A stretch of 63,992 nucleotides of DNA, filler included, from Dirinaria sp. TL-2023a (lineage: Eukaryota), in NCBI GenBank assembly GCA_051941275.1. It is 3 parts of 3 records of this genome, joined end to end, with 100 filler letters (N's around TTAATTAATTAA, not from the genome) between each part and the next. Parts side by side here need not be neighbours in the genome. Positions count along the whole stretch, not along the records: positions 42,798 to 63,992 come from JAVEBF010000264.1; 2 more parts are not named here. One strand, given 5' to 3'. The notes under the pieces were generated by a model. That model searched no databases and was not told the DNA's origin. It saw only the letters and a list, made by a program, of their open reading frames with translations. Of this stretch, positions 61,954-63,992 are shown one piece after another. A program made the position numbers and the translations under genes. The stretch's first letter is position 1; the number at the start of each line of letters is the position of its first letter.

Positions 61954-63539
61954 TGCCACACCATCAGCTGCCGAGTGAGAGACAGTTGGTTATGCTTGGT
62001 GAAGTTCAAAGGAACAGAACAGATACCCGTTCCCAAGAGAGTTATAAACTCAATCTGGAGCCATGAATTGACAAATGAAAAGATGTATTGAAGTGAAAAG
62101 CTTGTATGCGGTGGCGGGTATCAATAGCGCTGTGTACATTGGTCAAGTACCGTAGATACCTTGCCATAGTAACATTATATCAGACCTAGCGGACTTCTAC
62201 CCCGCAGCCACGTGCCGTTATAGAGGCCATTCTAGGGACAGAACTGTACAAAGTAGATACGCACTAGGCACCTACACCATGGAAATTGATCAATCAAGTA
62301 ACCTGTATGTACCTTACTTACCAGACAACCTCGGTTCCAGGGTAAAGCAAGGAACACTTATCTCGTATGCTGGATAGTATAAGCTAGCGTCTCGGCGCGG
62401 TTGTATGTGTATCTGAAGGCCGAGGGGGACATATCTTAGTCCGCCTAGCAGTTACATGTTTCCAATAGTTGATGAACCTGAGTTTCGCGTTACATACTTG
62501 GAGTATAGAACACCCTCACGTGTAGCAGCTGTTAACATGTGGCAACGGAAGCTTTGTGTTGAGCAGGGATAGTTAGGAAAAGGCAGCGATTTCGAAAGCC
62601 CTGCACCGGGCAAACTATTTCATGTACAAATCATGAAGGACAAGTATCAGGCAAAACAGGAAGATCAAACGTGGGTATGATGGACAGTAAGCCTGTTGCC
62701 CGACATCTATGAACACATGTTTAATCACGTGATTAAGGGCAATCACTGTAGGTATGTAGTCTTCCCAATCTGATCTAGTGTCCTACTCCTCTTGGCGTGT
62801 TTGACACAAACCAGACCTTTACTATTACGGAGGTACTCCGTGCTCACACCCCATCGAAATGGGGCAATTATTGCCTCGTGTGTTTCATCGGGTTTTCTAG
62901 CCTTTTTGTCTTTACCTTGCGTATCTGCGGTAAAGCCTGTGACCTGCACCAGGCACAACCAATCGCCCCATTAAACCCTCCAACAACGGCCCGTGTGCCT
63001 GCAGCGGCCCAAGCTCAGCTCTGCGCCATCAAGAGACATCTGTTTCAGACCCTCAACCGCCCCTCACACCTTCCTCCTCCCCACTCCAACTCTCCGCCGA
63101 CGGACAATTCCAACATGAAGAATCAAGCTTATCAGACACTCTTATAAGGAAGCCCGGGAACGCTACGCGCGGCTTCGTCCGAGAGGATGCACATGGTTTG
63201 TCGCTTCCAAGCGGTGGACAGCGAGCTGAAATATTAATATGGACCGATGTCACACATGACGGTGGGCTTGTCAGCAAGGGCAACGCAGGCAAACGTCAAA
63301 CGGCAAATTCCTTAGGGCAAATGGTGGTCTCTAGCAAAAGGGGTGGCCCCCAAACACGTCGCTACCCGAACAGTATATAAGAGGCACATACCTTACTATC
63401 CGTGGCAGACGGTACCCTGCTTCTCATTATTATTGCCTGGCGCGAGTTCCCGATACTAGTTTGATCCTACCTTACACAAGGTACTCCCTTCATAGGTAGA
63501 AAGCGCAGTCTTCAAGACTGCATCTCCAGCAAATAAACC

Positions 63540-63992
63540 ATGCACCTACCCCTACTCCTCCCCCTCCTCCTCTCAACCCTCACCACAACATCGTAAGTCC
63601 CTTCCCGATCCCTCGCTTTCCTGCACCAACCACTAAAATTCTACTTCAAAGCGCCCTTGTAGTCGCCCCGATAGAATGCACCAAAACCGTCACCCTGCCG
63701 CCCCACCTGCTCGATCTCTCCCGCACAACCACCGTGTACGCGACCACGGTGACCAAACCCCACGGCATCGACTGCCACTGGTGCAAACTGGCCACCGTAA
63801 CGCCGCATTATTTCGGTGTGGGCCCGGAACGGGTTATTACCGCCACGGTGACGAGGAACGCGACCACGGTGAGGGAGACGGTTTGTAAGAAGAGTCCGGT
63901 GCCGACGGGTACGGACATAGGCACGGGTACGCGGACGGGGACAGGAACGGGGAACCAGGGGTATGGGTATTATAATGGGGGTGGAGGTGGGC
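63540..63992 (+). CDS. Secreted Thr/Gly-rich protein, 5' part (runs off the window)
   Basis: MHLPLLLPLLLSTLTTTS|ALVVAPIECTKTVTL..TTTVYATTVT..IDCHWCKL..FGVGP..TATVT..VC. Intron 63593-63651. TATATAA at ~63374. Confidence 0.75.

Noticed and set aside
1..63992. tRNA/rRNA genes and the many short antisense or overlapping ORFs in the track
   Set aside because: No RNA gene was recognisable by eye (tRNAscan/Infernal not run); the overlapping ORFs are shadows of the called genes.

Overview
Genomic DNA of a filamentous ascomycete (Pezizomycotina-type genes with short GT..AG introns and CTAAC/CTGAC branch sites). The window is probably not one locus. Two 100-bp N44-TTAATTAATTAA-N44 linkers join three contigs of 21320, 21277 and 21195 bp, which looks like a size-sorted concatenation. 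Contig 1 (1-21320) is accessory-like: a WW-domain protein, a 30-Cys secreted polyprotein with Kex2-type sites, a secreted RNase T1-family gene with an out-of-frame Cys-rich tail exon, a DUF3632-like protein, two cupin-like proteins, a large membrane glycoprotein and a GT32 mannosyltransferase. Contig 2 (21421-42697) is ordinary gene-dense DNA: cyclin L-like, WSC sensor, DUF3445, SDR, several hypotheticals and a MITE-like inverted repeat. Contig 3 (42798-63992) has a ~13 kb decayed tract with RIP-like damage, containing a 159-bp tandem array, duplicated pseudogene fragments and a microexon-rich Cys6 zinc-finger gene with a broken splice acceptor. It continues with a triple-HTH-like protein, a Git1-type MFS transporter and the start of a secreted protein. 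The best novelty candidate is the multi-core disulfide-rich peptide precursor at 3639-4464. All family assignments are from motif recognition by eye; no database searches were run.
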